Notes under the pieces: model-generated
What the model was told of the DNA's origin: nothing
Database searches by the model: none
The model's input: only the letters and a program-made list of their open reading frames with translations
Translations under genes and position numbers: made by a program
NCBI RefSeq assembly: GCF_000354175.2
Contig: NC_022359.1
Location: forward strand, 1,500,001-1,532,000
DNA length: 32,000 nt
Direction of reading: 5' to 3'
From: Vibrio alginolyticus NBRC 15630 = ATCC 17749
GTDB taxonomy: Bacteria > Pseudomonadota > Gammaproteobacteria > Enterobacterales > Vibrionaceae
In this document: one piece after another, positions 29,024 to 32,000 of the stretch
Position numbering within the stretch: position 1 is the first letter of the stretch
Layout: every line of letters begins with the position of its first letter

Positions 29024-30118
29024 ATGAACGTTCAGGCATTACCCATGCATCGGTTTATCGACCATCGTGGGGACCTAGTCGGCCAACTACCCAACTGGGC
29101 TGACACTGAAACATTGGTCGGGTTTTACCGAGATATGGTATTAACTCGCACTTACGACAACAAAGCAGTTGCCTTGCAACGCACCGGTAAGCTAGGGACC
29201 TATCCCTCACACTTAGGCGCGGAAGCCATAGGCATTGCGGTCGGCAGAGCACTTAAAGCCGATGATGTGTTTGTCCCTTACTACCGCGATATGCCTGCGA
29301 TGTGGTGTCGTGGCATTGGCATGGAAAAGAACCTTCAATACTGGGGTGGCGATGAGCGCGGGAGTGATTTTGCTCCTGAAGGCAGTCCGGTTCCTAGCCG
29401 AGACCTTCCCTACTGTGTACCCATAGCGACGCAATGTACGCATGCTGTCGGGGTGGCTTCCGCGCTAAAAATTCAAGGTAACCATGAAGCTGCGCTAGTC
29501 ATGTGCGGCGATGGTGGTACATCCAAAGGGGACTTTCTTGAGTCAATAAACTGCGCAGGTACTTGGAATATTCCACTTGTTTTCGTCGTAAACAATAACC
29601 AATGGGCAATTTCAGTGCCGCGTAGTCTCCAATGTGCCGCCGATTTCTTATCAGAAAAAGCGCAAGGTGCAGGTATACCGGGTATTACTGTCGATGGTAA
29701 CGATGTCGTCGCCGTTTATGATGCAACTAAAACCGCCCTTGAGAGAGCAAGAAAAGGGAAAGGCGCAACACTCATCGAAGCGGTGAGTTACCGACTGAGT
29801 GACCACACTACGGCCGATGATGCGACTCGTTATCGTAAAGAAGATGATGTTCAAACTGCATGGCAATACGAACCTATCGCACGTCTTAAAACGTACCTCC
29901 TTAATCAAGACGCTTGGAGCGACGAACAAGAACAGCAATGGCTAGATTACTGTAAAGAGCAAGTAGAGTTAGCTGTTGAACGCTATCTGAGCTTACCGCC
30001 ACAAGCACCAGAAACCGGTTTCGATTATTTGTATGAATCGCTACCTCAAGAGCTTCATGCACAAAGAGATGAACTCATCAACAAGGCAATGAGAATGCAG
30101 GGAGGCAGACATGGCTGA
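29024..30118 (+). CDS. 2-oxoacid dehydrogenase E1 component alpha subunit (heterotetrameric PDH/BCKDH type, TPP-dependent)
   Basis: The ORF track starts at 28922. ATG 29024 behind AAGGAG is preferred, giving 364 aa. The TPP-binding motif reads GDGGTSKGDFLESINCAGTWNIPLVFVVNNNQWAIS. Confidence 0.9.
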   Translation: MNVQALPMHRFIDHRGDLVGQLPNWADTETLVGFYRDMVLTRTYDNKAVALQRTGKLGTYPSHLGAEAIGIAVGRALKADDVFVPYYRDMPAMWCRGIGMEKNLQYWGGDERGSDFAPEGSPVPSRDLPYCVPIATQCTHAVGVASALKIQGNHEAALVMCGDGGTSKGDFLESINCAGTWNIPLVFVVNNNQWAISVPRSLQCAADFLSEKAQGAGIPGITVDGNDVVAVYDATKTALERARKGKGATLIEAVSYRLSDHTTADDATRYRKEDDVQTAWQYEPIARLKTYLLNQDAWSDEQEQQWLDYCKEQVELAVERYLSLPPQAPETGFDYLYESLPQELHAQRDELINKAMRMQGGRHG

Positions 30119-31094
30119 GCTAACGTTGGTTGAAGCAGTAAACCTTGCCCTGCACCACGAAATGCAACAAGACCCCAATGTTGTCGTACTAGGTGAAGAC
30201 GTGGGCGATAATGGTGGTGTATTTCGTGCCACTGTTGGACTCAAGCAAGAGTTTGGTCTTAAACGAGTCATCGATACGCCACTCGCTGAAGCCTTAATCG
30301 GCGGGGTTGCGGTCGGTATGGCAACGCAAGGATTACGACCTGTCGCCGAATTTCAGTTTCAAGGTTTCGTTTTTCCTGCGATGGAGCACTTAATGTGCCA
30401 CGCGGCTCGAATGCGTAACAGAACTCGCGGTCGGCTCACTTGTCCCGCGGTTTTTCGTGCGCCATTTGGCGGCGGTATCCACGCTCCGGAACACCACTCA
30501 GAAAGCGTGGAAGCGCTATTTGCTCACACTGCTGGATTTAAAGTGGTGATTCCTTCTTCTCCACAACGCGCATACGGCTTACTTCTCGCTGCAATTAGAA
30601 GCAATGATCCCGTCATGTTCTTCGAACCGAAGCGCATATATCGCACCGTTAAATCTGAAGTCGTCGATAACGGCGAAGCACTCCCACTCGACACCTGCTT
30701 CACCTTACGTAAGGGGCGAGATATCACGCTCGTTACTTGGGGCGCATGCGTCGTAGAGTCACTTCAGGCCGCGCAAACCTTGTCTAGTCAGGGAATTGAA
30801 GTCGAGGTGATTGATTTGGCGAGTATTAAGCCAATTGATACCGCGACGATTTTCAGCTCACTAGAAAAAACTGGACGTTTACTCGTTGTTCATGAAGCGA
30901 GTAAAACTTGTGGTGTGGGCTCTGAGCTATTAGCTCGAACCGCTGAACATGCCATGTGCTTACTTAAAGCCCCACCTAAACGAGTAACTGGAATGGACAC
31001 CATTATGCCTTATTACCGTAACGAAGATTATTTCATGGTTCAGGAAGAAGACATTGTGACCGCGGCGCGCGAACTCGTGGAGGATTGGAAATGA
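30111..31094 (+). CDS. 2-oxoacid dehydrogenase E1 component beta subunit
   Basis: 327 aa with a transketolase-like pyrimidine-binding block (VVVLGEDVGDNGGVFRAT, IDTPLAE) and a C-terminal domain. The start overlaps the E1alpha stop by 8 nt. Confidence 0.92.
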   Translation: MAELTLVEAVNLALHHEMQQDPNVVVLGEDVGDNGGVFRATVGLKQEFGLKRVIDTPLAEALIGGVAVGMATQGLRPVAEFQFQGFVFPAMEHLMCHAARMRNRTRGRLTCPAVFRAPFGGGIHAPEHHSESVEALFAHTAGFKVVIPSSPQRAYGLLLAAIRSNDPVMFFEPKRIYRTVKSEVVDNGEALPLDTCFTLRKGRDITLVTWGACVVESLQAAQTLSSQGIEVEVIDLASIKPIDTATIFSSLEKTGRLLVVHEASKTCGVGSELLARTAEHAMCLLKAPPKRVTGMDTIMPYYRNEDYFMVQEEDIVTAARELVEDWK

Positions 31095-32000
31095 AGACGT
31101 TTAATTTACCCGATCTCGGTGAAGGTCTCGCTGAGTCAGAAATTGTCAAATGGCACGTTAATGTCGGAGACATGGTTAAATTAGATCAAGTGATCTTAAC
31201 CGTAGAGACAGCAAAAGCGACGGTAGACGTCCCTGCCCCCTATTCGGGCCGTGTGGTCAGCCGTCATGGTGAGGAAGGTGAAATCGTCAATATTGGTGCA
31301 TTACTGCTAGAGATTGATGAAACAGGTGCCGGGAGAGAAGTAACGGCAGAGAAAAAAGCCACTGCTGACGCCGCAACCGTCGTCGGTAGCGTTTCTCACC
31401 AAGCGCATCATGTTAACGTTGATGATTTCTGGATTGGTGGCAACCACAACACGACAGAAAGTAACCTCGTTACCGCCCTGCCTTCGGCTCGCTTGTTGGC
31501 ACAAAAACTTGGGGTAGATCTTAACCTCGTGTCAGGTAGTGGCCCGAACGGACTTATCGTAGATGCCGATATTTACGACGAAGCCGGAAAACAGCGTCCA
31601 GGCACCGAAGTTTTGAAAGGCGCTCGACGTACCATGGTATCGTCTATGACCGAGTCGCACGAACATGTTGCCGCCGTAACCATTACGGAAGAAGCGTTGT
31701 TGGAAGATTGGCTGCCAAACGAAGATATCAGTATCCGCCTTGTTCAAGCGATTGTTCATGCGTGTCAAGAAGAGCCTGCTTTAAACGCTTGGTTTGATGC
31801 CGAAACCATGACACGCTGTGTACACACAACGGTCAATGTAGGAATTGCAGTAGATAGCCGTCATGGATTGTACGTACCAGTTTTGCGCCACGCAGATGAA
31901 TACGAGCCACAAGATGTCCGTCGTTGGCTCGATCAAACCGTTGAAGGGATCAGAGAGAGAAAAATCGGTCGTGAGCAATTGCAGCACGCGACGATTACGC
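31091..32000 (+). CDS. Dihydrolipoamide acyltransferase E2 component (5' part; continues beyond the window)
   Basis: This gene is absent from the ORF track because there is no stop in the window. The frame is open from ATG 31091 (ATGA overlap with the E1beta stop) to 32000. It encodes a lipoyl domain (MKTFNLPDLGEGLAESEIVKWHV...TVETAKATVDVPAPYSG), an E3/E1-binding domain (PSARLLAQKLGVDLNLVSGSGPNGLI) and the start of the catalytic domain. Confidence 0.9.
   Translation, partial: MKTFNLPDLGEGLAESEIVKWHVNVGDMVKLDQVILTVETAKATVDVPAPYSGRVVSRHGEEGEIVNIGALLLEIDETGAGREVTAEKKATADAATVVGSVSHQAHHVNVDDFWIGGNHNTTESNLVTALPSARLLAQKLGVDLNLVSGSGPNGLIVDADIYDEAGKQRPGTEVLKGARRTMVSSMTESHEHVAAVTITEEALLEDWLPNEDISIRLVQAIVHACQEEPALNAWFDAETMTRCVHTTVNVGIAVDSRHGLYVPVLRHADEYEPQDVRRWLDQTVEGIRERKIGREQLQHATIT

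Noticed and set aside
28764-29039. 91-aa minus-strand ORF, together with the 34-codon 5' extension (28922..29023) of the E1alpha ORF.
   Set aside because: The two overlap each other in the leader region. Neither has an RBS, whereas ATG 29024 is preceded by AAGGAG. The sequences are Cys/Ser-rich and look random.
1-32000. A search for CRISPR arrays, transposases or integrases, IS inverted repeats, tRNA/rRNA genes and prophage remnants.
   Set aside because: No spaced direct-repeat arrays, no recombinase-like ORFs, no terminal inverted repeats flanking blocks and no cloverleaf-like sequences were seen on either strand.

Overview
This window is an alginate utilisation locus of the kind found in marine Vibrionaceae. 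It resembles the Vibrio splendidus-type cluster, but that taxon call is inferred from gene content only. From about 0.4 to 26.8 kb it encodes most of the pathway. The parts are two paralogous Na+/solute symporters at the two ends, a KdgM-family porin, three secreted PL7 alginate lyases (tandem PL7-PL7, CBM32-PL7, single PL7), two tandem 721-aa PL17 oligoalginate lyases, KdgF, KdgK and Eda. It also holds an uncharacterised acidic lipoprotein, a MATE transporter and two divergent paralogous GntR/FadR regulators. A translationally coupled pair lies between the second regulator and the second symporter: a cNMP-binding/CBS/DUF294 nucleotidyltransferase and a DEDDh exonuclease. The right flank (27-32 kb) is unrelated to alginate: a membrane protein, a small DOPA-dioxygenase-like protein, and a 2-oxoacid dehydrogenase E1alpha/E1beta/E2 operon that runs off the window. 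No rRNA, tRNA, CRISPR array, transposase or integrase was seen. The most interesting signals are non-coding or uncharacterised. (1) A palindromic ATTGTA-N-TACAAT (TNGTNNNACNA-type) operator recurs before almost every transcription unit, in about three sequence subclasses. (2) An 18-bp perfect inverted repeat would sequester the Shine-Dalgarno of the single-domain PL7 lyase. (3) The sensor-nucleotidyltransferase/exonuclease pair carries the same operator. (4) A strong orphan terminator sits in the 685-bp spacer before the second symporter, suggesting an unannotated transcript. (5) The 581-aa lipoprotein has repeated beta-sandwich-like modules. All functional calls come from reading motifs by eye; no searches were run.
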